DNA from: a virus
Taxonomy: Duplodnaviria; Caudoviricetes
Length of the DNA stretch: 49,631 nt
Virus record (IMG/VR): IMGVR_UViG_3300046786_000327
Span: 1 to 49,631 of that record
Direction: 5' to 3' (one strand)
Position numbers and translations under genes: made by a program. This document shows, piece by piece, positions 34,324 through 45,673 of this stretch. The notes under the pieces were generated by a model, which was not told the origin of the DNA, ran no database searches, and saw only the letters and a program-made list of their open reading frames with translations. Within the stretch, counting starts at the first letter, position 1. The number at the start of each line of letters is the position of its first letter.

Positions 34324-37300
34324 TTAGAATCGGCCAACAGCTACTTCAATAATACCACTAGCTTCGTTGAAGTTCTCTAGTGATTTACCAATGATAGTAC
34401 CTGCACGTGCTTCGTTATTAGCGATAGCATGTCCGTTAGCGGCTGCAACTAACAAATCACCTTTGAATACAGGGCCAATAACTTTACATGGTACACGACC
34501 TTGTAGAGCAACATCAGCTATGTATTCAGCTTCTAATCCACTGTTCATAGTATATGCCGCATCAGTTGTTACAACACCCGCAACACGTGTAGTATCCATC
34601 TCAGTAGATATAGTTACTTCATGTACACCGCCAAATATTAGAACAGTACCCGGACCATAGTTAGCATCTGCAACATACTTTTCTGACAAGTCAGCGTATG
34701 TAGCGTTCCATCTAGATCCTGCACTTAACGTCCAGTTACCAGTAAATGTACCTGCTGTTGTATTTGCACCGGTTGTTAACGCAGTAGTCTGTAAAGTAGT
34801 TGGGTTAATAGTTCCATTGTATGTCAATGCCCCAGAACCTGCACGACCTAACTTAGTAGTAGAATCATTATTACCAAAGACGATATAACCATTGGCAGCA
34901 TTTTGCTGACCCTTAATCATCATAGTATCAGCGGTATTAACATCACCAATCCAAGCATCATCACCAACTCTAAAGTTTGTTGCGTTACCGTTGTTAGTAG
35001 CAATGAAATAGTCAGCAGTTACAGCACCAGAGACTGACAATGAGCTTAATGTACCAACGCTTGTAATATTTGGCTGAGCCGCAGTTGTTACTGTACCTGC
35101 TGTTGTAGCACTACCTGCACTAGTTGCGCTTGGTACAGTACCGGTTACGTTTGCTCCTGTTAAACTAGATAGACCAGCACCAGAACCAGTATGTGATCCA
35201 CTCAATGTGCCTGCTGAAACAGTACCAGTCACGCTTAATGAAGTTAGAGTACCAACTGATGTAATATTTGGCTGAGCCGCAGTTGTTACAGTACTTGCTG
35301 TAGATGCGCTACCAGAAATGTTACCGGTAATCGTTGCTGTAACTGTCAAGCCTGACAATGTACCAACTGACGTAATATTAGACTGGGCTGCCGCTGTTAC
35401 TGTACCTGCAACGCCTGCAGTAGCAACGTTCAAGTTAGCAACTTGAGTAGTTGATGTAACTACAAACGGAGCAGTACCTGCTGCCAATGTGCTTGTAATC
35501 TGTCCAGTAGCACTAACGGTAGTGAATGCACCTGTGTTTGCAGTAGTAGCACCAATTGTACCATTATGTGCTCCAAATGTTGGTGCATTGACGTTACCTG
35601 CAGTAATGTTGCCGGTAACTGCCAATGATGTTAAGGTACCCACTGATGTAATGTTAGGCTGTGCCGCAGTTGTTACAGTGCCTGCTGTTGTTGCACTACC
35701 TGCTGTTCCTGCCGTAGCCGCATTCAAGTTAGCAACTTGTGTAGTTGATGATACTACAAATGGTGCAGTACCAGTTGCTACGTTAGATGTTAATGTACTT
35801 GCAACAACACCAGTTGATAATATGTTACCAGGGAATGAAACGTTTGAATTAGCAGAATAGAAAGATATTGGACTACTTGTTACTCCGGTTGCATTTTGAT
35901 TGAAGAAACGTAATGTATTAGCACCATCAACATCCATGTTCCAAGTAGAGTTTGCTTGACCAGTGACGTTATTTATACCAACATAACCTAGTACAAGTTG
36001 ACCACCTTCACCGCCACTAGATCCAATTATTAAATTGTCAGTCGCTAATATTCGTCCAGCTGAATTTAAGTTACCAACGTTAGCGTTAGCTGTAACTGCT
36101 AATGATGTTAGTGTACCTACTGATGTGATATTAGGTTGAGCCGCAGTAGTTACTGTACCTGCTGTACTTGCCGCGCCTGTTAATGTACCAACAAAAGATG
36201 TACTTGTTACACTAGATAATCCAGCTACTGTAGTTACAGTAGAACCTAACGTTAATGCTGTGCTACCTAATGTTACGCTAGCATTAGCAAGTCTTGCCTG
36301 TGCCAATGTACCAGTTGATATGTTACTTGCATTCAATGCAGATAGACCACTACCGTTACCAGTGAATGCACCTGTATTAGCAGTAAATGCTACTGCTGTT
36401 ACTGTTCCATTTACGTCTAAACTTGTGAGTGTACCAACACTAGTAATATTGGGTTGTGCATTTGTTGTTACAGTTCCCGCTGTAGTTGCGGCGCCGCTTA
36501 ATGCACCAACGAATGTTGTAGCAGTAATTGAATTATTGGCTAAGTTTGAACTGATACCAGAACTTGTCCATTCAGTCACGTTACCGGTAGTTGCATTAGC
36601 AAATACAATATATCCAGTGCCAGTTCCGGGTGCAGTTACGTTAATATTATCAGCAACGTTAGCGTAAGAAACATTTAAGTTAGCAACACGTGTAGTTGAT
36701 GTAACTACCAATGGAGCAGTACCTGCCGCAACATTACTTGTTAATACAGTACCTTGAACTGCGGCTGCTGAGTATAAGTTACCAACGTTAGCATTTGCTG
36801 TTACTGCTAATGAACCAAGAGTACCGACACTAGTTAAACTAGAATTAAGTACAGTACTATTCAATGTGCTACCACTTAGTGTGCCTGCTGGTGCAACAAC
36901 TGCCGCAGTACTTGCCGCTGTCAATTGACCTTGTTGGTTAACAGTGAATGTCGGAATAGCAGTTGAGTTACCATAACTACCTGCAGTAACTGCGGTGTTT
37001 GCGATGTTAAATGTAAATCCATCTAGTGTCAAACCAGTGCCTGCAATATATGCACCAGAGTCACTGAACAATGTATATGTTAGTGCAGTAGTACCGATAA
37101 TGATACTACCTTCATTAGTCAATACATGTGACTGACCGCCTGCTACTGTACCCGATTGTACAAAGAAGTAGTCACCGTTACCCATACCATCAACGTCTTG
37201 TGGGCTATATTTGTTTTGGTCATTAGAACGAGTCAATACCCAGTTTGTTGATCCTGATCCTACAGTAGTAACTACGTACACACCGTTACGTGATTCATCT

Positions 37301-40300
37301 ACTTGATTGTTAACTAGAATACGATCCGCAACTGATACTGATACACCGTCAACTACTAGAGCCGCTTGTGTTCCTGAGTTTGTTAATGTTGCGCCGACAC
37401 CCGGATTCGCTCTACTGTTAATAGTTAAGCCTGTACCATTAGTCAATGTTGTTATTTCAGTACCAGCGTATTCCAATGACAACTGAATTTGGTCACTTGC
37501 TGGTACTGCGTATACAAAGTATGCATACCCTGCAACAATACCGTTAGTCGAACTAGAGAATGTAATTTGGTCATTAACTGCTAATCCGTGTGTAGTACTT
37601 GTTGTTAGTGTTTGATTAGAAGTAATAGTAGTAACTGTTGGGGTCGTACCGCCTTGTACATATGATGCAGTAAGGCTAGTTTGAGTTTCGCACAATACAG
37701 GTTCGTGAATGTGTAGTCCACTTGATACAGCCGCATCAACATACGCTTTTGTTACAGCATCTTCTGGTAATGAAGGTGTTGCTAAGAAAGCAATTCTACT
37801 ATTACCTGCGTTAATTACACCACTACCTGTTGTATTCAAATTGATATTACTGTTAGTGCCCTGAGCATACAAATTCAATGCACCTGAATCAGAAACCAAT
37901 ACGTTAGAAACTAAATTGCCGTTTGCAGTGATATCTGCGTTAGCAACGATAGAGCCTAATGAATTGATAGAAACCAATTCAACGTTTGCTAAGCCGTTAT
38001 TAAAGAACTTGTATCCATTTCCAGAACCAGTACTAAATCTGCCACCGGATGAATAATCTACAACAACACCATTTACTAATGAGCCAGTAAATGTTGATAC
38101 AGATAATAATCCATCTTCGGCTGCAACATAACCAGTTGAGACTAAGTTTCCACCGGTTACGTTACCGGTTGCTACTAATTGTCCAGCAGTCGTTAAATTA
38201 CCACCGGATATATTACCTGTTGCAGATATAACACCACCTGTTGTTAGATTGCCACCAGTTACGTTACCAGTAGCACTTACTACGCCAGCAGTTGTTAAAT
38301 TACCACCAGATACATTACCTGTTGCAGTTACGACACCGGTTGTTGTTAAATTACCACCAGATACATTACCTGTTGCAGTTACGACACCAGTTGAATTCAA
38401 ATTACCTACGTTAGCATTAGCTGTCGTAGTAATATTACCAGGAGCTGTAAATGAACCGTTTTGTGCAAATGTCCAAGTATTCGCAGTTGTACCACCTGCG
38501 CCGGTTTGAATAGTTACTGCGCCACCGCGCAATTGCTTTAAGTTTGTTTGTGTAGTGTCTAATTGTAATTGTGAACCATTAGATGTTCCTCCGACAATTT
38601 GAGATGCGCCACCTAATTGAATTTGACCACTATCTGCAAATTGAGTTGAGTTGCCAGCACTAGTAATACTAACAATCCCGGTACTACTATTTAATGAAAC
38701 TCTAGTATCGTATGTGCTAGCGTTCTGAACAATGTTAGGGGCAAATACAGCAGTATTAGCAATTACATTTGCACCAGTTACGTTGCCCGTAGCACTTACT
38801 ACGCCACCAGTTACTAAATTGCCACCGGTTACGTTTCCAGTAGCTACTATTAGACCTGCAGTACCCAAGTTACCTACGTTAGCATTACCAGTTACACTTA
38901 GTGTACCACCTGTTGATAAGTTACCTGCAGTTGTTGTACCCGTAACAGTTAATGATGTTAGTGTACCAACACTAGTAATATTAGGTTGTGCGGCTGTTGT
39001 CAAGCTACCAGTAACTGTTGTAAATACGCCTGCGGCACCACCTATATTGCCTACGTTAGCGTTACCAGTAACATCAAGTGTACCGACTACATTAGCGCCA
39101 GTTGATGTTAATATTAATTCGGATGGTGATCCTGTAGCAGATAGAGTAACATTACCATTAGCTGAAATAGTGATATTACTGTTACCGTTCTGTAATAGCG
39201 AACTGTTAATTGTTCCAATGTTGCCGGTTGTGATAATTGCGGTAGCAGTACCCAAGTTACCTACGTTAGCATTACCCGTTACACTCAGTGTACCAGTCAA
39301 TACAGCAGAGCTTGCACCGATGTTACCTACGTTTGCGTTACCGGTTGCTGATACTGTACCACCTGTACTTAAATTACCCGCTGTTACAGTTCCAGTAGCA
39401 GTCAATGCATCTGTTGTTTTGTTGTATATTAGTCCTGAATCTGCACTAATTATACCAGCATCATTGAACAACACTTGTGTAGTAGAACCTGGTGCGGCTA
39501 CGTTACCAGTAATATTACCACTGACGTTAGCATATACAGTTCCACCAACATATAAATTGCCAGCGACACCGGCGCCACCTGCTACTATAAGAGCACCTGT
39601 TGTAGTATTAGTTGCCGGTGTTGTCATCTGGATGTCAAGTTGCGATTCAACATCACGCAGACGCATTTTTTCATTTGCTTCTAAGAATCCACCTGTAGCA
39701 AATACGATATCACGATTTGCACCTTGATCACCGGTAGCAATAACTAAGTTGCCGCCAAGCCCCAATCCATTAACCGGTTGTACAAAGAGGTAACCGTCGT
39801 TTGGTTTCGTGATTGTATATGTAGGATCACTAAAGTCTGAGCCAGTAAAGCCCATATCCATCCAACCTGATACGTCATTACCGTTATCACCATATGCAGT
39901 GAAGTCTGCTGAACCATTGCCGTCAGTATTAATCAAACCTGCTTGAACGTATGTCGCTCCGCCGGCTTCGGCTAAGATAACAGGGTTTGTGAAACCAACT
40001 GCGACATTCGCACCACCAACGAAAATTCGTTCTTCAATAATCGCATTAGTTGCTTCAAGATTACCTACGTTAATAACATGACTTGCACCGATATCGAGAT
40101 TAGCTCCGTCAGCCGTAATATTTGAAGAACCAATATACAAAGACGTACCTAAATATGCATTATTCCAACGATTACTATTGTTGCCTAAATTATAAGTTAT
40201 GTTAGCATTAGGTATTAAGTTTGTGCCAATGGTGCCACTGATGTTTAAATTGTTTAAATTTGCAGTACCGGTTACAAACAAGCCTCCGTTAGAAATAAGA

Positions 40301-42099
40301 TTAGCATTAGAGCTAATATTTCCGTTAGCTTTTACTGTACTACCAATAATGATACCATTAGCAGTACCAATTCTGTCTAACTGTGCAAGATTTGAAACAT
40401 TTAGGTTAAAGAAATTACCTATGTTAGAAGATAACGAATCTGAAATTGACAAATTGTTAGCATCTATGTTACCCAAAGCATGGATATCAACGTTCGCAGT
40501 AATGTCTCCACTAGCAACAATATTACCACCTACTAGTAGGTTACTTAATGTACCCACTGTAGTAATATTAGGTTGAAGTCCGGTAGTCAATGTTCCTGAT
40601 ACAAAACTAGCAGTTACTAAATTACCTAAATTAGCATTACCTGAAACAATATTTCCACCAACATATAACTGAGCACTAATTTCATTAAATGTAAAATTAG
40701 TAGACGCACCAAAGTTACCGTTTGCATTATACTGAACATACGTGTTCGATCCGGCAGCTTCTTGTAAGTCCCATGGCTGACCGTTCGCATAGTAAAGATA
40801 ATTGGTTTTTAATCCACCAACAGATGCATTACCGGTAACATTTAAATAACCTTGCGTGTATACACCTTCAGCACCATCTGTTGTCTCAATACCAAAGATG
40901 TTTGCTTTGCCTGATGAATTGAATATCAAAGCTGAGTTAGAATTATCTGCTAAATCCCATACTAAGTTTTCATTTTCTATAGAAGCAATATTACCTGATT
41001 GGACATAGAAAGCATAGTTACCCAATCCAGAACCAGTCGCATTACCTAACACACCAATGTTGTATCCGCCAGTGTGGGCTTGAGTAGCATAACCACGTAC
41101 ACCTACTGCGGCACCTGTATCGGATGTAGATGTGACGAAAGCTTCACCTTGTACGCCTGTAGCTTTAGTAGCATCATTAGTAATACCAATACCTAATACA
41201 CCAATACCTGTAATTAATGTGTTAGCTACATCAGCCGATGCTTCACCGATTAATCCTATATTATCATCATGACCGTGACCAGTAGTGCCTTGTGATGCTA
41301 CTACTACTGAATTAGGAAACTCTGATGCAAGTGCATCTTCGCCTGCTAGCAATGAGCCGGCTCTTACCGTACCTAATTGATTGTATGATACTACATCACT
41401 AGCTACTGTTACATTACTTCCAAATGTGAACTCGGCATTTGAATTATCCCATCCCATAAAACCAGTAACCGGTGTGGTGGTATAATATTGCAACAAAGTT
41501 CCACGATCTTTACCATCATTACTTGTAAGTGCATTACCGTTAGGACCGCCACCAACAGAAATCAAAGGATCTTCAATAGCCAATGTTTCAACGTTGATAT
41601 ATGTTACATTACCATTAACTGCTAAGTCACCTGTTATTACTGCATTACCAGTAACTGTCAAGTTAGCAGAGACTGCCATGTTAGCAGTTGTTAAAGTGTT
41701 AGTACTAGTATTATATGTAAAGTTAGAGCTAGCGCCAAATGAATCATTATCATTAAACTGAACGTATGTATTTGAACCAGCTGGTTGTTGCAAGTCCCAA
41801 GGCTGACCGTTTGCATAATACAAGTTACTAGTCTTAACACCAGTAGCAACTACGTTACCAAGTACAGTTACAGTATTAGATGTGTTATCAAACGTAAAGT
41901 TTGCAGAAACACCCATACCGCCTTCATCATTATAGAAAACGCTAGTATTACCAGCAGGTGTTATCGTTGGAAATACAGCTATATTACCGTCACTATTTTT
42001 AGTGACTAGCTCATCTGTTGTATTTACAAACACCGTTGTCTTACCCGTCGACGGAGTTGGGACTGAACTTGGGGTTTGCTGAATTAAAATTAATGACAT
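34324..42099 (-). CDS. 2591-aa long tail fibre with C-terminal intramolecular-chaperone/auto-cleavage domain
   Basis: Repeated AAQPNITSVGTL.SL and GN.TGGNL.T.G motifs; DAVTKAYVD; C-terminal YADLSEKY...PGTV...VALQGRVPCKV...KGDLLV. Confidence 0.8.
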   Translation of the reverse strand: MSLILIQQTPSSVPTPSTGKTTVFVNTTDELVTKNSDGNIAVFPTITPAGNTSVFYNDEGGMGVSANFTFDNTSNTVTVLGNVVATGVKTSNLYYANGQPWDLQQPAGSNTYVQFNDNDSFGASSNFTYNTSTNTLTTANMAVSANLTVTGNAVITGDLAVNGNVTYINVETLAIEDPLISVGGGPNGNALTSNDGKDRGTLLQYYTTTPVTGFMGWDNSNAEFTFGSNVTVASDVVSYNQLGTVRAGSLLAGEDALASEFPNSVVVASQGTTGHGHDDNIGLIGEASADVANTLITGIGVLGIGITNDATKATGVQGEAFVTSTSDTGAAVGVRGYATQAHTGGYNIGVLGNATGSGLGNYAFYVQSGNIASIENENLVWDLADNSNSALIFNSSGKANIFGIETTDGAEGVYTQGYLNVTGNASVGGLKTNYLYYANGQPWDLQEAAGSNTYVQYNANGNFGASTNFTFNEISAQLYVGGNIVSGNANLGNLVTASFVSGTLTTGLQPNITTVGTLSNLLVGGNIVASGDITANVDIHALGNIDANNLSISDSLSSNIGNFFNLNVSNLAQLDRIGTANGIIIGSTVKANGNISSNANLISNGGLFVTGTANLNNLNISGTIGTNLIPNANITYNLGNNSNRWNNAYLGTSLYIGSSNITADGANLDIGASHVINVGNLEATNAIIEERIFVGGANVAVGFTNPVILAEAGGATYVQAGLINTDGNGSADFTAYGDNGNDVSGWMDMGFTGSDFSDPTYTITKPNDGYLFVQPVNGLGLGGNLVIATGDQGANRDIVFATGGFLEANEKMRLRDVESQLDIQMTTPATNTTTGALIVAGGAGVAGNLYVGGTVYANVSGNITGNVAAPGSTTQVLFNDAGIISADSGLIYNKTTDALTATGTVTAGNLSTGGTVSATGNANVGNIGASSAVLTGTLSVTGNANVGNLGTATAIITTGNIGTINSSLLQNGNSNITISANGNVTLSATGSPSELILTSTGANVVGTLDVTGNANVGNIGGAAGVFTTVTGSLTTAAQPNITSVGTLTSLTVTGTTTAGNLSTGGTLSVTGNANVGNLGTAGLIVATGNVTGGNLVTGGVVSATGNVTGANVIANTAVFAPNIVQNASTYDTRVSLNSSTGIVSITSAGNSTQFADSGQIQLGGASQIVGGTSNGSQLQLDTTQTNLKQLRGGAVTIQTGAGGTTANTWTFAQNGSFTAPGNITTTANANVGNLNSTGVVTATGNVSGGNLTTTGVVTATGNVSGGNLTTAGVVSATGNVTGGNLTTGGVISATGNISGGNLTTAGQLVATGNVTGGNLVSTGYVAAEDGLLSVSTFTGSLVNGVVVDYSSGGRFSTGSGNGYKFFNNGLANVELVSINSLGSIVANADITANGNLVSNVLVSDSGALNLYAQGTNSNINLNTTGSGVINAGNSRIAFLATPSLPEDAVTKAYVDAAVSSGLHIHEPVLCETQTSLTASYVQGGTTPTVTTITSNQTLTTSTTHGLAVNDQITFSSSTNGIVAGYAYFVYAVPASDQIQLSLEYAGTEITTLTNGTGLTINSRANPGVGATLTNSGTQAALVVDGVSVSVADRILVNNQVDESRNGVYVVTTVGSGSTNWVLTRSNDQNKYSPQDVDGMGNGDYFFVQSGTVAGGQSHVLTNEGSIIIGTTALTYTLFSDSGAYIAGTGLTLDGFTFNIANTAVTAGSYGNSTAIPTFTVNQQGQLTAASTAAVVAPAGTLSGSTLNSTVLNSSLTSVGTLGSLAVTANANVGNLYSAAAVQGTVLTSNVAAGTAPLVVTSTTRVANLNVSYANVADNINVTAPGTGTGYIVFANATTGNVTEWTSSGISSNLANNSITATTFVGALSGAATTAGTVTTNAQPNITSVGTLTSLDVNGTVTAVAFTANTGAFTGNGSGLSALNASNISTGTLAQARLANASVTLGSTALTLGSTVTTVAGLSSVTSTSFVGTLTGAASTAGTVTTAAQPNITSVGTLTSLAVTANANVGNLNSAGRILATDNLIIGSSGGEGGQLVLGYVGINNVTGQANSTWNMDVDGANTLRFFNQNATGVTSSPISFYSANSNVSFPGNILSTGVVASTLTSNVATGTAPFVVSSTTQVANLNAATAGTAGSATTAGTVTTAAQPNITSVGTLTSLAVTGNITAGNVNAPTFGAHNGTIGATTANTGAFTTVSATGQITSTLAAGTAPFVVTSTTQVANLNVATAGVAGTVTAAAQSNITSVGTLSGLTVTATITGNISGSASTASTVTTAAQPNITSVGTLTSLSVTGTVSAGTLSGSHTGSGAGLSSLTGANVTGTVPSATSAGSATTAGTVTTAAQPNITSVGTLSSLSVSGAVTADYFIATNNGNATNFRVGDDAWIGDVNTADTMMIKGQQNAANGYIVFGNNDSTTKLGRAGSGALTYNGTINPTTLQTTALTTGANTTAGTFTGNWTLSAGSRWNATYADLSEKYVADANYGPGTVLIFGGVHEVTISTEMDTTRVAGVVTTDAAYTMNSGLEAEYIADVALQGRVPCKVIGPVFKGDLLVAAANGHAIANNEARAGTIIGKSLENFNEASGIIEVAVGRF
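38291..38391. repeat. near-perfect 51-bp tandem duplication within a longer array of 17-aa repeats
   Basis: gttgttaaattaccaccagatacattacctgttgcagttacgacacc occurs twice with period 51. Confidence 0.85.
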
Positions 42100-42122
42100 T
42101 GCGTTATCCTATTGTTTACTTT

Positions 42123-42509
42123 TTATACTTGAACCAAAATACCTGTTACTTCTAACGTACCGTCAATTGTGATCGGAATCGAAAAAAGTCCTTGTTTGTT
42201 TGTAGGCACTAGGTATGTTTCACCTTCTGCGATATAGTATGGCATCATTGCGCCGGTTGGATTTAAAGTTTGAAACGAAAGTGTTCCGTTACCATCAGTT
42301 ACAATTGACTGACCTTCTGTACCGCCTGCTATTTTTACGTTGCCTACTATCCCTAAATTTGCGATGCCTGTTACATTTAAATCTAATGTATTGACACTGA
42401 CATTGGCAACTATTATATTTCCGGATATGTCGGAATTAGCGTATATGACTATGTTGCCATCATCGCCTACGCCAAAACCACCGATAGAATTTAATGTTTT
42501 TAGTGCCAT
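42123..42509 (-). CDS. short tail-fibre-associated protein
   Basis: N-terminus MALKTLNSIGGFGVG shared with neighbours; GQ.IVTDGNGTLSF motif. Confidence 0.65.
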   Translation of the reverse strand: MALKTLNSIGGFGVGDDGNIVIYANSDISGNIIVANVSVNTLDLNVTGIANLGIVGNVKIAGGTEGQSIVTDGNGTLSFQTLNPTGAMMPYYIAEGETYLVPTNKQGLFSIPITIDGTLEVTGILVQV

Positions 42510-42511
42510 TT

Positions 42512-45500
42512 TTATATATAATTATACTGTGTTGTCCATACTGTAGAATTTCCACTTGCAGGAGTTACTTGCAAGCGTAGATATCCGCCTGATAGGTTTA
42601 CTGCTAATGAACCAGTGTATCCGCCTAAAGTAACAGTACCATATGTGGCATAGTCTACGTTTGCAGTTCCATCAGTAACTGCTTGTACAGTAGCTACACT
42701 GTATTTAGAGCCGGTTGCATCTACTCCTTTTACGAGGAACTGTACACCTGTTATACCAGTAACTGGTACACTAGAGATTGTTTGGTTAGCAGTTACTGCG
42801 CTAGTTGTTACTGTAGCCCATGTAGTCGCAGTATTACCTATAATAACTGCGTTTGCTATGTTTGCTGTTCCGTTAACTGTTAAAACATCAGTGGTAGTGT
42901 TGTACGTAAAGTTTGCACTAGCACCAAAATTATTATTGTTGTTAAACTGTATTTGAGTGTTGGACCCGGCTGCTTCTTGCAAGTCCCACGGCTGACCGTT
43001 GCTATAATATAAGTGGTCTGTTTTTACGCCCCAAGCCGCAGTAGCATTAGAGATTGATAGATTACCGTTGATAGTAGTTGCGCCGGCTGCTAGTGTTGAG
43101 GTAAAATTAGCAGTATTACCGGACAACTCTAGGTTAACGTTTACATTATTAGCTATTACATTACCACTAGCACTAATCGTAACTGCACTGACATTACTAT
43201 TAGCAGATATGTTATTAGCTAGAACATTTGCGCCAACTTCAACAAAATTAGTTACGTGTAAATTATTGCTGTTGACGTTTGCGTTACTATTAATATTACC
43301 ATTACTTTGAATGATATTACCAACAGTTAAATTTGTTGTTATGTTGGCATTAGATGTGATGCTGAAATTATTTGCATCAACGTTGCCTGTTACATTTAAA
43401 CTTGTACCAGTTGCCGCACCAATATTAGGAGTAGTAAATTGTGCGTTTGCAACAACAACTATGTTGCCACCAACTATACCAGTTGTTACACCATCTGTAT
43501 TAGCAGATATAGTAGTACCTACAATATCAATACCTGAGCCAGCAGTATATGATCCGGCTGCACTGAATTGAGTGAATACTAAACTAGTTGTACCAAATAT
43601 TATTTCTCCGGCAGGCTCTGATAATACATAAGAAGAACCAGCATAATTTACGCCTTCTTCTACAAAGAAATAGTCGCCGGCTGCTAGTGATGTTGCTTGT
43701 TTTGGTCCGTAAGTGTCAGCATCTGAAGTACGAGTTATCTCCCAAGCAGTTGATACATTACCTACTACAGTAACTTCATATATACCGTTTTGCGCTCCGG
43801 AAGTTTGACCTTGAACTAATATTCTAGCACCAAGTGTTAATGTTATAGAATCAATCGCAAGTACAGCGTATGCACCTGCATTTGTAAGTTTTGCGCCAAC
43901 ACCGGAGTTAGCACGTGATGATTCAGATAGACCACTGCCATTTGTTAACGTAGTTACTTCTGTACCAAAATATCCATTCTTAACAGTGATTGCATTTGGA
44001 GCAGGGATACTGTATACATAATATGCTTCACCACCAGTGATGCCATTAAATGTATTAGTCCATACAATTTCATCACCGACTGACAATCCATGATTTGCAC
44101 TAAACGATATAGTATCATTACCAGTAATATTTGTAGTAGTCTGTAGTGTACCACCTTGTGTGTAGATTGCATTTAAGTTACTAATACTTGTTACTTGAAC
44201 AGGCTCATGAACTTGTAAGCCTTGTGCAGTGTTGTCTACGTATTCTTTAGTAGCCGCATCATTTGGACTAGTTGGTGCTCCAACTTGTGTAACTCTCGCA
44301 GTATTTACGTCAACTGTACCTATTCCAGTAGGTTGCAATAATATTGAATTATCAGATCCGGCTGCGCTAATACTGATATTACCACCGTTTGCAGTTATGA
44401 CAGAAGTTGTTACGCTACCTATTAATGCCCCACCAGTAATGTTTGCATTGGCTGCATTTATAAATCCATTGGCTACTACATTACCGTTCGCAGTAATGTT
44501 TCCGGCAGTAGAATTGATGTTGCCAACAACTAAGAAACCATCCTGAGTAAAACTAGCTACATTTGAAACACCTGCAACAGTAATTTCTACGTTAGCATTT
44601 GAGTATACCTTGACGTTACTATTTCCATTAGCCAATGCACCAACTAAGTTTGCACCTGTAATATTACCCAATACATTTAAATCGTTAGCTACGTTTATGT
44701 AATTAGCAGTTGCCAAGTTACCTAAGTTAGCATTAAGTGTTTTTATGTTACCGGTAAAGTTTGCAGTATTACCACTTAGTTCTAGGTTAACTGTTAGGTT
44801 ATTAGTAATAGTATTAGATGCTACATTTACATAGTTAGCTGTTACTAAGTTACCTAAGTTAGCGTTAAGTGTTTTTATATTGCCAGTAAAGTTAGCTGTA
44901 TTACCACTTAGTTCTAGGTTTACAGTGACGTTATTAGAAGTAACATTGGATGCTACGTTTACATAGTTAGCTGTTACTAAGTTACCCAAATTAGCATTGA
45001 GTGCAGAATTAATGTTGCCGGTAAAATTAGCAGTATTACCGGAAATTTCAGTGTTAACGGTTAAACTGTTTGTAACTGTATTAGTGTTTGCACTGATATT
45101 ACTTGCAACAACGTTTGCGTTAGCTAATACAAAATTAGCAAGTAAAGTGTTTGTTACATTAACATTGGCGTTAGCAGTTATATTGTTTGCTAGCACATTG
45201 GCATTAGCAGATACATAATTAGCAAGCAGTGTATTTGTAACATTGATGTTAGAGTTAGCAGTTATATTGTTTGCTACTACATTGGAGTTAGCATAAACAA
45301 AACCTGCTGTTAAGTTATAACCAACATCCACATTACCAATCAATGTCAATAAGCTAGTTACAGTATCGAATGTGAAATTTGCGCTTGCGCCAAAGTTATC
45401 ATTGCTATTAAACTGGACTTGTGTATTTGCGCCGGCCGCCTGTTGCAAGTCCCATGCTGTACCATTGCTATAGTATAGATTATCAGTGAACACACCCCAT

Positions 45501-45640
45501 AAAGGTGATGAGTTTGATATGAATACATTACCTGAGAATATGGCATTTCTTGCTGTAACGTCACCATTGGCTAATATAATCGGTACGGGGATTTCTCCTA
45601 CTGAGAAACCTGCTACTGAGTTAAGTGGTTTTAATGCCAT
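42512..45640 (-). CDS. tail fibre-like protein (1042 aa)
   Basis: Asn/Val/Ala-rich 38-aa tandem repeats; DAATKEYVD and a central module shared with the 2591-aa protein. Confidence 0.75.
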   Translation of the reverse strand: MALKPLNSVAGFSVGEIPVPIILANGDVTARNAIFSGNVFISNSSPLWGVFTDNLYYSNGTAWDLQQAAGANTQVQFNSNDNFGASANFTFDTVTSLLTLIGNVDVGYNLTAGFVYANSNVVANNITANSNINVTNTLLANYVSANANVLANNITANANVNVTNTLLANFVLANANVVASNISANTNTVTNSLTVNTEISGNTANFTGNINSALNANLGNLVTANYVNVASNVTSNNVTVNLELSGNTANFTGNIKTLNANLGNLVTANYVNVASNTITNNLTVNLELSGNTANFTGNIKTLNANLGNLATANYINVANDLNVLGNITGANLVGALANGNSNVKVYSNANVEITVAGVSNVASFTQDGFLVVGNINSTAGNITANGNVVANGFINAANANITGGALIGSVTTSVITANGGNISISAAGSDNSILLQPTGIGTVDVNTARVTQVGAPTSPNDAATKEYVDNTAQGLQVHEPVQVTSISNLNAIYTQGGTLQTTTNITGNDTISFSANHGLSVGDEIVWTNTFNGITGGEAYYVYSIPAPNAITVKNGYFGTEVTTLTNGSGLSESSRANSGVGAKLTNAGAYAVLAIDSITLTLGARILVQGQTSGAQNGIYEVTVVGNVSTAWEITRTSDADTYGPKQATSLAAGDYFFVEEGVNYAGSSYVLSEPAGEIIFGTTSLVFTQFSAAGSYTAGSGIDIVGTTISANTDGVTTGIVGGNIVVVANAQFTTPNIGAATGTSLNVTGNVDANNFSITSNANITTNLTVGNIIQSNGNINSNANVNSNNLHVTNFVEVGANVLANNISANSNVSAVTISASGNVIANNVNVNLELSGNTANFTSTLAAGATTINGNLSISNATAAWGVKTDHLYYSNGQPWDLQEAAGSNTQIQFNNNNNFGASANFTYNTTTDVLTVNGTANIANAVIIGNTATTWATVTTSAVTANQTISSVPVTGITGVQFLVKGVDATGSKYSVATVQAVTDGTANVDYATYGTVTLGGYTGSLAVNLSGGYLRLQVTPASGNSTVWTTQYNYI

Positions 45641-45673
45641 ATTGTTATCCTGTTTATTATATTTATTGTTTTA